From the IMG/VR virus record IMGVR_UViG_3300044986_000731, positions 1-64,000 of that record: a stretch of 64,000 nt of DNA; one strand, written 5' to 3'. Shown here one piece after another: positions 36,532 through 46,800 of the stretch (position 1 is the first letter of the stretch; each line of letters opens with the position of its first letter). The notes beneath the pieces were generated by a model. That model was not told where the DNA came from. It did no database searches and saw nothing but the letters and a program-made list of their open reading frames with translations. Made by a program: the position numbers and the translations under genes. The stretch comes from a virus.

Positions 36532-38412
36532 ATGCCCGTGAGCGTCACAGCCGCGCCGTTGATCAACGTCTCTATCTCTGGAGGCATCGGGCCGGCAATT
36601 ATCGTCGACGGCTCCGCGACGAGCGTCGTGGGCGTCATCGGCGTCAACCCATTCATCGCCGGTCCGAACATCTCTCTGGCGACGTCGAGCCTCGGGATCA
36701 CGATCTCGGCAGCGAATCCACCTGTTTCGAGCGTGCAGTCGAGGACAGGCACGGTCGTCATCACGCTCGCGGACCTCACCGGGGCTGCGGCAGTCCACAC
36801 ACACGGGACTGCGAGCATCACAGGCCTGACCGCCGCGATCGTCGCGAACTCGCCGGTCTCCAGCGTGCAGTCGAGGACCGGAGACGTCGTCCTCACCCTT
36901 GCAGACCTCACGGGGGCTGCGGCAGTCCACACGCACGCGACGAGCGATGTGGTTGGTTTGACCACGGCGATCTCGGCGAACTCCCCCGTGTCCAGCGTTC
37001 AGTCGAGGACAGGGGCAGTGGTGCTGACCCTTGCCGACCTCACCGGCGCAGCGGCAGTCCACACACACTCGACGAGCGACGTGGTGGGGCTGACCACGGC
37101 GATCTCGGCGAACTCGCCCGTGTCCAGTGTTCAGTCGAGGACAGGGGCTGTGGTTTTGTCGCTCGCCGACTTTACTGGCGCTGCGGCCATTCACACGCAC
37201 TCCACGAACGATGTTGTCGGGCTGACCACCATCCCGAGCGTCGTCTCGGTGAACGGCATCACGGGCAAGCCCACGATCGTGGCCGGAAATGGCGTGACGG
37301 TCAGCACGTCAGGGTCGAACATCACGATCGAGTCTGGCAGTGGGCTGCCGTCGCAGGGAGGAAACGCCGACAGAGTCTTGGCGACCGACGGCACGTCGGC
37401 AGTCTGGGCCACGAGGTACAGCATCGTCGACCCGGTGATCGTGCAGGGAGATGGAGTCACGATCACACGGGACACGACGAGCGGAAGCATCACGATCGAG
37501 GCTGCCGGCGGGACGTCAGGTGTCACACTCGGCAGTGGCACGCCTCAGCCTCTCGGAGTGGCTGCCTCCGGGTCTAGTTCTCTTGCGTCACGGCAAGACC
37601 ACGTCCATCAACTGCCGACGATCGCCGACATCACGGCGGCGGCTGCCTCGCACACCCACCTCGCTGCGAGCGTGACTGATCTGACCACGGTCGCCAATGT
37701 CGTCTCTGTCAATGGGCAGACTGGCGTCGTGACAGTGACTGGCGGCTCGGGGTCTACGGCGGCTTCTGTATCGACCAAGACTCCAACCTTGAACCCGTCC
37801 AACGACTACGACGCAGGCACCACCGACGTCGTGCGAGTCGACCCGACGACGAGCATCACGCTCACAGGCCTCGCTGGAGGGGCGTCTGGCGTGGTGAAAC
37901 TGCTCGTCAACGTGAGCACGAACGACGTGCTGCTCTCGTCGTCGAACACGAACAGCAGTTCCACGAATCGGTTCTTGTTCACGGGCACAGAGCGAGTGCT
38001 CGGAGAGAATGACTCGGCGTCGACGTTCTACGATGCGACCAGTTCGAGGTGGAGGCTCGTCGGGCACGAGCCGGCCGGTCCTCCGCTGCTCTGGACCGGG
38101 GTCACGATCAACACAAACCTCAACAACTACTCGATGGGCACGGCGACAGTGCTGCTCGCGTATGTCGTTGGGTCGAGGCAGATCACGGGCTTTTCGGGCG
38201 GTGCCGAGAACAGGGCCATTCGAGTCGTGAATGCCTCGACGAACTCACTAACGCTCGTGCACAACAGCAATTCCAGCGACCTCAGCAACAGGCTCCTGAT
38301 CGACACGGGCACTGATCGCACCCTCGACGAGAACGATCAGGCGGAACTCCTCTACGACCCGATCACGATGCGGTGGAGGGTGACGCCGTGCTGCGGCCAG
38401 CCCAGCAGTTGA
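36532..38412 (+). CDS. Ser/Thr-rich fibre protein with 44-aa tandem repeats and a duplicated C-terminal domain
   Basis: PVSSVQSRTG.VVLTLAD.TGAAAVHTH x4; two ITG..GG...LVN...NR...L.END...YD...RWR domains. Confidence 0.75.
   Translation: MPVSVTAAPLINVSISGGIGPAIIVDGSATSVVGVIGVNPFIAGPNISLATSSLGITISAANPPVSSVQSRTGTVVITLADLTGAAAVHTHGTASITGLTAAIVANSPVSSVQSRTGDVVLTLADLTGAAAVHTHATSDVVGLTTAISANSPVSSVQSRTGAVVLTLADLTGAAAVHTHSTSDVVGLTTAISANSPVSSVQSRTGAVVLSLADFTGAAAIHTHSTNDVVGLTTIPSVVSVNGITGKPTIVAGNGVTVSTSGSNITIESGSGLPSQGGNADRVLATDGTSAVWATRYSIVDPVIVQGDGVTITRDTTSGSITIEAAGGTSGVTLGSGTPQPLGVAASGSSSLASRQDHVHQLPTIADITAAAASHTHLAASVTDLTTVANVVSVNGQTGVVTVTGGSGSTAASVSTKTPTLNPSNDYDAGTTDVVRVDPTTSITLTGLAGGASGVVKLLVNVSTNDVLLSSSNTNSSSTNRFLFTGTERVLGENDSASTFYDATSSRWRLVGHEPAGPPLLWTGVTINTNLNNYSMGTATVLLAYVVGSRQITGFSGGAENRAIRVVNASTNSLTLVHNSNSSDLSNRLLIDTGTDRTLDENDQAELLYDPITMRWRVTPCCGQPSS
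36715..37230 (+). repeat. 132-bp coding tandem repeat, about 4 copies
   Basis: units start at 36715, 36847, 36979 and 37111. Confidence 0.85.
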
Positions 38413-39512
38413 TTGGTTCGCGAATCGTCTCCGTGTGCTCCCGCCTCGCGAGGGCACCTCTCTCTGGGAAGACGCTCTCGGCGAGGCAGCGTGTCGTCGA
38501 CTCGCTCGGATGCGACGAGCGGCTGCCGCAATGGATCGCAGAGGAGGCCGAGAAGCGTGGATACTCGCTGTCAGACGACGCGATCTCTCGGATTATCGCC
38601 ATTGCCAGCCGCCGCCGAGGTGGTGGCTACTGGAAGTCGAAGCGGCAAGACCTCTCGGTCGTGATGTGCCACTACAACCCAGCAAGATGGGAGACGACTC
38701 CGAGACTGCTCTACGAGACATGCGAATCGGTCGTCGAGGCAGGCATCTCGCCTCTGGTCTTGCAGGTCACATTGCCCGGGCAGTCGCCCGCTGCCGTGCC
38801 TGATGGCGTTCAGAGCGTCTATTTCGAGAGCGATTCTGTGCTCTTCCTCAAAGAGAATCTCTGGAACATCGCCTACAGAATGACGACGACCCCGAAGGTA
38901 CTTTTCCTCGACGGGGACGTGCTCTTCACTCGCAGGGACTTGTTTGACGCTGTGAGCGAGAGCCTCGACGAGAAAGACGTGATCCAGCCGTATGCGATCG
39001 CAACGTGGCTCGATCGCGATGGCAAGATCGACCTCGTCCGCGAGCCTTCGGTTCAGGCAATCGAGCGTGGCGAGCAGCCGCTCCTCGGAAGGTACCACCC
39101 GGGCTTCGCGTGGGCGATGACTCGCGAGTTCTTCGATCGCTGCGGGGGGTTCTATGAGCGGCACCCGATGGGCGGCGGAGACGCTGCTTTCGTGTTCGCG
39201 ATGACTCCCGGCGTGCCGAAATTACCGAAGAGCGACTCGCACGCATTCGCAGAGACGCAGTCGTACAAGTCATATCGCGAGAAGATGCTCTCGCTGAAGC
39301 CGGCCGTCGGCTACATCGCAGGGACTGTGTATCACAAGTGGCACGGGACTCGCGAAAATAGAAAATACGAGGAGCGATACAAGTACATGCCGAGGATGGT
39401 CAACGGCGAGTATCCTCTCGCGAACCGCGAGGACGGGCTTCTCGTCTGGGAGTCGCGAGAGCACAGCGACCTCGCGTTTCGGTACTTCGTTGGACGTCAG
39501 GAGGACGGATGA
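38373..39512 (+). CDS. GT-A glycosyltransferase (start uncertain)
   Basis: KENLWN, FLDGDVLF, VIQPY, HPGFAWA, GGGD, H.WHG...NR.Y..R. Confidence 0.7.
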   Translation: MEGDAVLRPAQQLIGSRIVSVCSRLARAPLSGKTLSARQRVVDSLGCDERLPQWIAEEAEKRGYSLSDDAISRIIAIASRRRGGGYWKSKRQDLSVVMCHYNPARWETTPRLLYETCESVVEAGISPLVLQVTLPGQSPAAVPDGVQSVYFESDSVLFLKENLWNIAYRMTTTPKVLFLDGDVLFTRRDLFDAVSESLDEKDVIQPYAIATWLDRDGKIDLVREPSVQAIERGEQPLLGRYHPGFAWAMTREFFDRCGGFYERHPMGGGDAAFVFAMTPGVPKLPKSDSHAFAETQSYKSYREKMLSLKPAVGYIAGTVYHKWHGTRENRKYEERYKYMPRMVNGEYPLANREDGLLVWESREHSDLAFRYFVGRQEDG

Positions 39513-40060
39513 GCACGTACACGGCGGACTGGTTTTCGTACTCGATTCCTGTCTGGAAGAACGTCGTCGTCCCGAATCTGCGTCAGGGAGCCGGAAGAAA
39601 GTTTCTTGAACTTGGCTCATACGAGGGGCGATCGGCCGAGTGGCTGCTCGACAACGTCATGTCGCCGGGGGACGAACTGACGTGCGTTGATATCTGGAGA
39701 TCAGACGACGCTGAGAAAAGATTCGACGAAAACGTCGGCGACCGAGTCAAGAAAGTGAAGCGAGACGGAACGCAGGCACTGCTCTCTCTCGTGCAGATGG
39801 GCGAGAAGTTCGACTGCATCTATATCGACGGCGACCACAACGGCCGGGTCGTCCTCGAAAACGCCGTGATCGCGTGGATGCTGCTGCCAATTGGCGGAGT
39901 CATGGTGTTCGACGACTATCGCTATGCCGTGCCCATGCAGTACTCGATGGGTTCGATCGACACTCGGTTTGGGATCGATGCGTTCCTCGACTGCTACACG
40001 CTGAAAATTCGCGTGCTGCATAAGACCGCGCAGGTTGTCATCGTGAGGTGTGAGCAATGA
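39509..40060 (+). CDS. class I SAM methyltransferase (Methyltransf_24-like)
   Basis: LELGSYEGRS, CVDIW, IYIDGDH, GG.MVFDDY. Confidence 0.85.
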   Translation: MSTYTADWFSYSIPVWKNVVVPNLRQGAGRKFLELGSYEGRSAEWLLDNVMSPGDELTCVDIWRSDDAEKRFDENVGDRVKKVKRDGTQALLSLVQMGEKFDCIYIDGDHNGRVVLENAVIAWMLLPIGGVMVFDDYRYAVPMQYSMGSIDTRFGIDAFLDCYTLKIRVLHKTAQVVIVRCEQ

Positions 40061-40401
40061 TGAAAATGCTGCTGCTTCGCCCGTCGCAGGGTGTGCCGAA
40101 GGCACCTGACAGGATTCAGCCCATCACGGCGAGCGGGTGGTCTGGGCTTGCCGTGGAGTACGATCCTCTGACTGGTCCGGCGACGAGCGACGTGACGTTC
40201 ACCGTTGGGGTCGCCGGGACGTTTCGTCTTGCCGGGTACACGCAGACAGGGTGGACGGTCAGGAAGAACGGAACCGTGCTCCACTCCGAGGCTGATTCTT
40301 TCCCATACGGGACTGTCGCGGTCGCGGTCGGAGACCTGATCAGACTGACATCGTCGAGCGGCAACTTCGCAGCCGGCTACATCGAGGTCTGGATCGAGTG
40401 A
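40057..40401 (+). CDS. hypothetical beta-rich protein
   Basis: GAGG RBS; overlaps at both ends. Confidence 0.55.
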   Translation: MMKMLLLRPSQGVPKAPDRIQPITASGWSGLAVEYDPLTGPATSDVTFTVGVAGTFRLAGYTQTGWTVRKNGTVLHSEADSFPYGTVAVAVGDLIRLTSSSGNFAAGYIEVWIE

Positions 40402-40718
40402 TGCCGAAGAGACTCGAATTCCATCGCGCGAAGAAACCCCGCTACCGCGAAGGACGCCCCTCGTCGTTCGCCCGGGGCTATGGAGGCCCCGAGTGGTCGA
40501 GCCTCCGCCGGCAGGTGCTCATCAGGGACGCATGGCAATGCAGGCAGTGTGGGAAGATTTGCGAAGATGGGGGAGATGCACAGGTTGACCACATTTTGGC
40601 AAAACGGGCAGGTGGGGCAGACTCGCTAGACAACCTCCAGACGCTGTGCAGGCGGTGCCACGGAAAGAAGACGAAATGCGATCTGAGGGGCCTAGCAGGC
40701 CCTGAGAAGGCCACTTAG
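40401..40718 (+). CDS. HNH endonuclease (terminase-associated, HK97 gp74-like)
   Basis: RGYG..W..LR..VL.RD...CRQC...VDHI...GG.D..DNLQTLC..CH..KT; position upstream of terS. Confidence 0.85.
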   Translation: MPKRLEFHRAKKPRYREGRPSSFARGYGGPEWSSLRRQVLIRDAWQCRQCGKICEDGGDAQVDHILAKRAGGADSLDNLQTLCRRCHGKKTKCDLRGLAGPEKAT

Positions 40719-41775
40719 GGTCTGGTGGCTATCCTGACACCCCTGAGACCATCGGGCTTTATAGGCCCGGGACCAGCCCTCTCTCGTTTTTCGAGAACCT
40801 CTGGTCCCCTCTAAGTCCCTGTCAGCATTGGACTTACGACGACTGGGACCAAAAAATCGATTTTTTCGGGCGCGTACGCACACGGAAAAAAGTCGTGGTC
40901 CCTTGGTCCCCGGTCCCAGCAGCGCGTAAGTGCTTGATTTACAAGGACTTAGGTGGGGACCACCCAAAAAAGTTGACTGGTCCCTTTCATAAGGATGACA
41001 GATATCTTCCATAAGTGATTCTGGGGTCTGGAATCGAGGTCAGGAGGGGGTCGTTTTCGCGTGTGCACACGCACGCGAGCGCGAGACTTCGCGTGGTCCC
41101 TCTCACGAATCCTCTGTTTTTCCCGGGAAATACAAATCGCTTAGTACGCGGGCGTGATCACATACACACACACGCGCGCCTGCGAGGGGGTGGAGGAGGC
41201 AGGAGCGCGGGCAGGAGGCAGGCACCTGAGTGATCGCAGGGTCTCCTGTGATCGCGCGGCAGCGCGGCAGGAACAAAATCTTCCTGCCGCGCTTCCTGCC
41301 GCGCATAAAACCCCGGAAAATGCGACACTTTCTCACGCGCGCGGCAGCGCGGCAGCAAAAACCAGATTTTTTCTTCGCGCGTGTCGCGAATTTTTTTCTT
41401 CCTGCCGCGCCTCGCCCAGACACACAAAGCATCACGCGAGAAGCGATCGCGAAGGCGAGGCGACCTCGCAGAGCCTTTAGGTTTCGCGCGATCAAACTCA
41501 CTCGTTTGCAGAACCTCCAAGGTTTTGCAAAGCCCTCGCGAGTCTCGTTTGCAGAACCTCCAAGGTTTTGCAAAACCTCGCGTTTGCAGAACCTCCAAGG
41601 TTTTGCAAAGCCCTCGCGAGTCGCGAACTTTACGTGCGAAAGCCCTCTCGCGAGAATGAATGAGCGGGCCTACTCCCGGGGAGTGTCGCGTTTGTGCGCG
41701 AACGCAAACGCAAGCCCGAGCGTGCGTCGTTCCGTGAGCGCCCGCAGAATTTTGGACCGGGGTTTTCCGGCAAAA
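40719..41775. other. non-coding repeat-rich region, putative cos/packaging and/or origin region
   Basis: about 1 kb with A/T tracts and three repeat families, between HNH and terS. Confidence 0.6.
41503..41609. repeat. three copies of the 29-bp palindromic repeat CGTTTGCAGAACCTCCAAGGTTTTGCAAA
   Basis: 41503-41531, 41546-41574, 41581-41609. Confidence 0.9.
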
Positions 41776-42240
41776 ATGGGCAGAACTCCCGCCCCGACCT
41801 CGCTCAAGGTTCTCCGGGGCAATCCGGGTCAGCGACCGCTGAACGCCGAGGAGCCAATTCCGCCCCCGGCCGACCCGAACCCACCCTCGAACCTCGCCGG
41901 CGTCGCTCTTGAGAAGTGGGACGAGATGGTCGACCTGCTCTCGAAGATGGGCGTGTTCACTGCCGCCGATCGGCAGCCGCTCCAGCGGTACTGCCTCATG
42001 TACGAGCAGTGGCTCGCGCTCGAAGCGCACTGCCGTGAGCATGGTTGGACTCAGGTGACGCAGTCTGGCTACAGCCAGATCACCGCCGAGGCCACGCTCA
42101 TCAAATCTCTTCGGGCCGACATGCTCGCGATCGAGCGACAGTTCGGCATGACACCCGCCGCACGTTCCTCGATCAAGGCTCCCGGTGCCTCTGCCCCCGA
42201 AAATCCTCTTGCCGCGTATATCTCGCGACGAGGCGGTTGA
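41776..42240 (+). CDS. terS: terminase small subunit (P27 family)
   Basis: MGR.P.PT.LK.LRGNPG.RPLN..EP; FGMTPAARS. Confidence 0.9.
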   Translation: MGRTPAPTSLKVLRGNPGQRPLNAEEPIPPPADPNPPSNLAGVALEKWDEMVDLLSKMGVFTAADRQPLQRYCLMYEQWLALEAHCREHGWTQVTQSGYSQITAEATLIKSLRADMLAIERQFGMTPAARSSIKAPGASAPENPLAAYISRRGG

Positions 42241-43804
42241 ACAAGGCGAGCCGTTCTACTTCGACGAGGACAAGGCCGCACACGCGGTCGGGTTCTTCGA
42301 GAAGTTCTTGATCCACTCGAAGGGTCGCTTCGCCGGCAAGCCCTTCACGCTCTTGCCGTGGCAGAGGCACGACGTCATCGAGGAACTCTTCGGCTGGATG
42401 AGGGTCGACAACGACCGGAGGAAGTACAGGGTCGGGTACATCGAGGTTCCCAAAAAAAACGGAAAATCGACCCTCCTCTCCGGCATTGGACTCTACATGC
42501 TGATTGCTGACGGCGAGCCGTCGGCCGAGTGCTTCGGGGCGGCGAATTCCCGCGATCAGGCTGGCATCGTCTACAAGCAGATGAAAGAGTTGGTGCAGGC
42601 CAGCCCCTACCTCTCGTCGATGCTGGAGATCGTCGACTCTCGCAAGACCATCGCGTGCGTCCCGACGAACTCTTTCTGGCGTGTGATCTCGTCTGACGCC
42701 GGCCGTCAGGAAGGTCTGAATATTCACTCGCTCTGTTATGACGAAATCCATCAGAGCCGCGACCGGGCGCTATGGGATGCGGTTCGCTACGGTTCTATCT
42801 CCAGAGATCAGGGCCTCGTTCTGGCGATTACCACGGCCGGCGTCGACCGGGACTCGATCGGCTACGAGTTGCACTCGCAGGCGATCAAGGTCATGGAAGA
42901 CCCCTCGTACGATCACCAGTTCTTCGCCTACGTGCGTGCTGCGTCTCAGGACGACGACTACCGCAGCCCGGCCGTCTGGAAGGCCGCAAATCCTTCGTTC
43001 GGCGTCACGATGGACGAGGAGACGTTCAAGGCAGACGTGCTCGAAGCCGAGAGGTCCGGCGGCTCGAAACTCGCCGGCTTCCTGCGATACAGGCTCAATA
43101 TCTGGGTGCACGGCGAGAACAAGTTCGTGAACCTGACCCAGTGGGACAAGTGCAAGGGCCGGTCCGGCCACCTCGACAAGTCCCGTGTCTGGTACTGCGG
43201 ACTCGACCTCGCTCAGACGTGGGACGTGAACGCATTCGTCGCCGTCTCGAAGGCTCACGACGACGTCTACGACTGCCTGTTCAAGTTCTGGATTCCAGCC
43301 GATAACGCTCATCAACGCCGCGAGGAAGTGCCGTACGTGCTCTGGGCGAAAGACGAGTCGACCGGACTCGTGATGACGCCCGGGGACACCTGCGACTACG
43401 AATTCATCAAGCGAGACATACTCGCGTTCGCCAAGGAGCGTCAGGTCGCGAAGGTTCTCTGCGACCCGCACAACGCCCACTACCTCACGCAACAACTTCA
43501 GGCCGAGGGCCTGACAGTGCTAGGCTTTTCACAGTCGTTCGCCTCGATGAACTCGTCGACGCGAATGCTGGAGACATTGATCAGTCAAGGTCGTCTGAGG
43601 ACTCAGGACAACCCTGTCATCAACTGGATGGCCGGCAATGCGGTGACGAAGACCTCGGCCGAGGGGTACATCAAGATCGTGAAGCCCGCATCTACCAGCC
43701 CGGCGAGAGTCGACGGAATGGTCGCGCTCGTGATGGCACTCGCTGGCGCCAGTGACGCCGAGGCTGCCGCCAAGACTCCAGAGCCGGAGATTCTCGTCCT
43801 ATGA
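42185..43804 (+). CDS. terL: terminase large subunit
   Basis: LLPWQ, VPKKNGKST (Walker A), YDEIH, ITTAG, ANPS, GLDLA, RVDG. Confidence 0.95.
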   Translation: MPLPPKILLPRISRDEAVEQGEPFYFDEDKAAHAVGFFEKFLIHSKGRFAGKPFTLLPWQRHDVIEELFGWMRVDNDRRKYRVGYIEVPKKNGKSTLLSGIGLYMLIADGEPSAECFGAANSRDQAGIVYKQMKELVQASPYLSSMLEIVDSRKTIACVPTNSFWRVISSDAGRQEGLNIHSLCYDEIHQSRDRALWDAVRYGSISRDQGLVLAITTAGVDRDSIGYELHSQAIKVMEDPSYDHQFFAYVRAASQDDDYRSPAVWKAANPSFGVTMDEETFKADVLEAERSGGSKLAGFLRYRLNIWVHGENKFVNLTQWDKCKGRSGHLDKSRVWYCGLDLAQTWDVNAFVAVSKAHDDVYDCLFKFWIPADNAHQRREEVPYVLWAKDESTGLVMTPGDTCDYEFIKRDILAFAKERQVAKVLCDPHNAHYLTQQLQAEGLTVLGFSQSFASMNSSTRMLETLISQGRLRTQDNPVINWMAGNAVTKTSAEGYIKIVKPASTSPARVDGMVALVMALAGASDAEAAAKTPEPEILVL

Positions 43805-46800
43805 GCGAAGAGCGAGTTCTCTCTGACGTAGTCTGGACACCGGAACGCGGCTCTGCCGACCAGCCCGAAGTGCGGTCGATGTATTGGAACAACCTGCTCT
43901 TCGGCGACGACGGCTTCAACGGCCGGACCCAGACATCTGCGGATATCAGGATCACGCCCGACACGGCCCTTCAGAGCACTGTCGTGCTCGCTGCGTGTCG
44001 CATCCTCGCCGAGTCGATCGCGAGCATGCCTCTCCACGTCTACCGCAGGACGAAGGACGGCTACCGCGAGATCGCGAGCGACGTGCCGCTCTACAAGGTT
44101 CTCTCGTTTGCGCCCAACGAGTGGCAGACGAAGTTCGAGTTCTTCGAGCAGATGGTGATGAACCTCACCCTGTGGGGTAACTCATACAGCCGCATTCGCT
44201 CGGGCAGGTACGGAGCCGTCTCGGCTCTCGACAACTTCCACCCGTCGAACATGGAAGTTGAGCGTCTTGAGAACGGCCGACTGCGGTACTCGTACATGAA
44301 CCCTGAGACCGGGCGAGTCGAGAGGTACTCGCAAGACGACATCATGCACGTCCGGTGGACGCCCGAGCCGAACGGCATCAAGGGCATGGTGCCTGTCGAG
44401 ATCGCGAGAGAAGCGATCGCGCTGGCTCGTGCGTGCGAGATTCACGCCGGCCGGTTCTGGGCGAACTCAGCACGCCCGGGGATCGTGCTCCAGACGGACA
44501 GTTCTCTCTCGCCGGAGGCTGCCGAGAGGCTCCGCGACAACTGGGAGCGGATTCATAGGGGAGTCGATCGAGCGAGCCGCACAGCGATCCTCACGAATGG
44601 ACTCCGCGTCGAGCAGGTCGGATTCAACGCCGAGCAGTCCCAGTACGAGTCGACACGCCGCTTTCAGAGTGAGGAGATCGCGAGAGTCTACAGGTTGCCG
44701 CTCTCGCTCATTCAGGGCCAGTCCTCCGGAAGCATCGAGGAGAACGGTCAAGAGTTCGTCACCTACACGCTCGTGCCGTGGCTCCGACGCATCGAGTCGG
44801 CCATCTCGCGAAGCCTGATCTACAACGACGACGTGTTCTTCGCGGAGTTCGACACGAAGGGCCTGATGCGGGGCAACTCAAACGCCCGCGCGGGCTTCTA
44901 TTCGACGATGATCAACCTCGGCTTGATGACTCACAACGAATGCCGTCGCGCCGAGAACCTTCCACCCATCGGAGAGATCGGCGACCACCACCTCGTCGCG
45001 ATGAATCTCCAGCCGCTCGAAGCGGCGACGAAGCCGAAGGAGCCGCCGCCGGGGATGCCGGGGATGCCGGGGCCACCGCCGGAGGCTGCCGGAGGCGTGC
45101 CGAGCCTGCCCGGGGTCAAGACTGGCAAGACTCCGACCGAGTCCGAGCAGGGCGAGGCCTCCGAGAAGAAGCCGGACGAGCCGCTCGTCGAGTACGCCGA
45201 GGGCAAGTTCGGCCGGGTCAAGCACGTCATGGAGGAAGGCACGCTCGACCTGAAGTCCGGCGAGAAGATCGAGGTCGAGCCGGGCAAGCCCGTGGCTCTC
45301 GTCGTCGACGAGGAGACCGGAGAAGAGGTCGGCGTCGAGGCGTCAAAACTCAAGCCAGTCGAGGAGAAGCCGGCCGTCGAGGAGAAGCGAGGCCTCACGC
45401 CACAGAGCGAGGCCCTGTACAAGTCGCAGGAAGAGATCGCGAGGAAGCACGGTCGGTGGAAGCAGGCCGACGCACACTACGTGCCACGCTCGCCGTTTGC
45501 CACCAAGGGCATGGTGTGCCGCAACTGCGTCTACTACGAGGACGGCGGCGCGTGCGAGATCGTCAAGGGTGGCATCAACCCGGACGGCATCTGCAAACTC
45601 TGGGTGATCCCGAGCGAGAAACTCGTCGAGACGCGATCGCCGGAGGAGGAGGCCCGCTCCGCCGACTGCGGTCGAGACGAGGGCGGCAGGTTCGGCTCTG
45701 GAAACAAATGCCAAGAGGACGGCAGCGGAGGTGGAGGCTCCGGGGGAGGAATGTCGTCGCCGGCCGGCGGCGAGCCAGACAAGGTGTACGGGAGCGTATC
45801 CCCGGACGTGAAACTTCCGCCGCCTGTCCGCACGATCGACGCCGAGGCGTTGCTCGAACAAATCTCGAAGAACCCGAACGGATTCACGCTCGACCCGTAC
45901 TCGGCTGAGTCTCCGTCCGACGGAATCATGGTGAGCGAGTTCAAAAACGACTCGCGTCGCTCGGTGAAACTCAGTGCCAAGGACATCGTCACTAAGGAAG
46001 GGCGAGACTCGTTCGCAAACTGGCTGAAGTCAAACTCGGACGTGCTTCAGGGCTTCGAGGGCGAGCGGTTCGTCGGAGGGTGGAGAGCGGGCGACGACTT
46101 CTACATCGACATCAGCACTCGGTTCTCGCCGGAAGAGGCGGAGCGAGCACTGGAGGTCGGACGCGACTCGGGCCAGTTGGCTGTGTTCAACTTGGGCACG
46201 CTCAAGGAAACGTGGGTGCAGTACGACTCGGGCGACGACAGGAAGCCTCCTGAGTGGGACCGGGCGTTCGCACGCGCGAGGAAGGACGCTCAGGTCGATC
46301 AGGTCTACGGCGACGCTCCCGATCTTCAGGATGAGGACATCGCTGCCGACCTCTCGAAGCACGGCAAAAAGACCGTTCGGGCGTATAATCTCGCCGAGGA
46401 GACAGAGAATGGAACAGCCGCAGCGGTTCGACGTGCCGGCGAAGAAGAAGAGCCTGTTGGAGACGTACCGCGCGATGCGGACGTACTTCGAGAAGGTCGC
46501 GGAGAGCCAAGGCAAGACTCTCGATCCGTCGTGGTACGAGGACGGGCCGGACCAGATGCCGCAACTGTACGAGGATCAGACGCCGCAAGACGGCTGATCG
46601 AGAACGCCGAGGCCGCATACCGAGCGGCGTTCGGCAGCACGCCCTTCCCTCGCGTGGAGTTCCGCGACATCGGCGACGCATACGCCTACTACTCGCCAGA
46701 AGACGACACGCTCTACGTGTCACCTGACGCAGGCGAGCCAGACGACTCAGACGGCTGGACGTCGAGCGGCAACCCCCTGCTCCACGAGGCATGCCACCGC

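Noticed and set aside
36715-37230. 132-bp repeats as DGR template/variable repeats
   Set aside because: Tandem in-frame repeats with mostly synonymous changes, not adenine-specific; no reverse transcriptase in the window
41503-41609. Possible mini-CRISPR array (three 29-bp palindromic repeats)
   Set aside because: Spacers are only 14 and 6 nt and partly repeated; no cas genes
41230-41775. 182-aa N-terminal extension of terS in the ORF track
   Set aside because: It merely translates the non-coding repeats; P27-type TerS homology starts at ATG 41776
42452-42459. A8 run in terL as a frameshift or phase-variation site
   Set aside because: It encodes the conserved PKKN of the Walker A region in an intact frame
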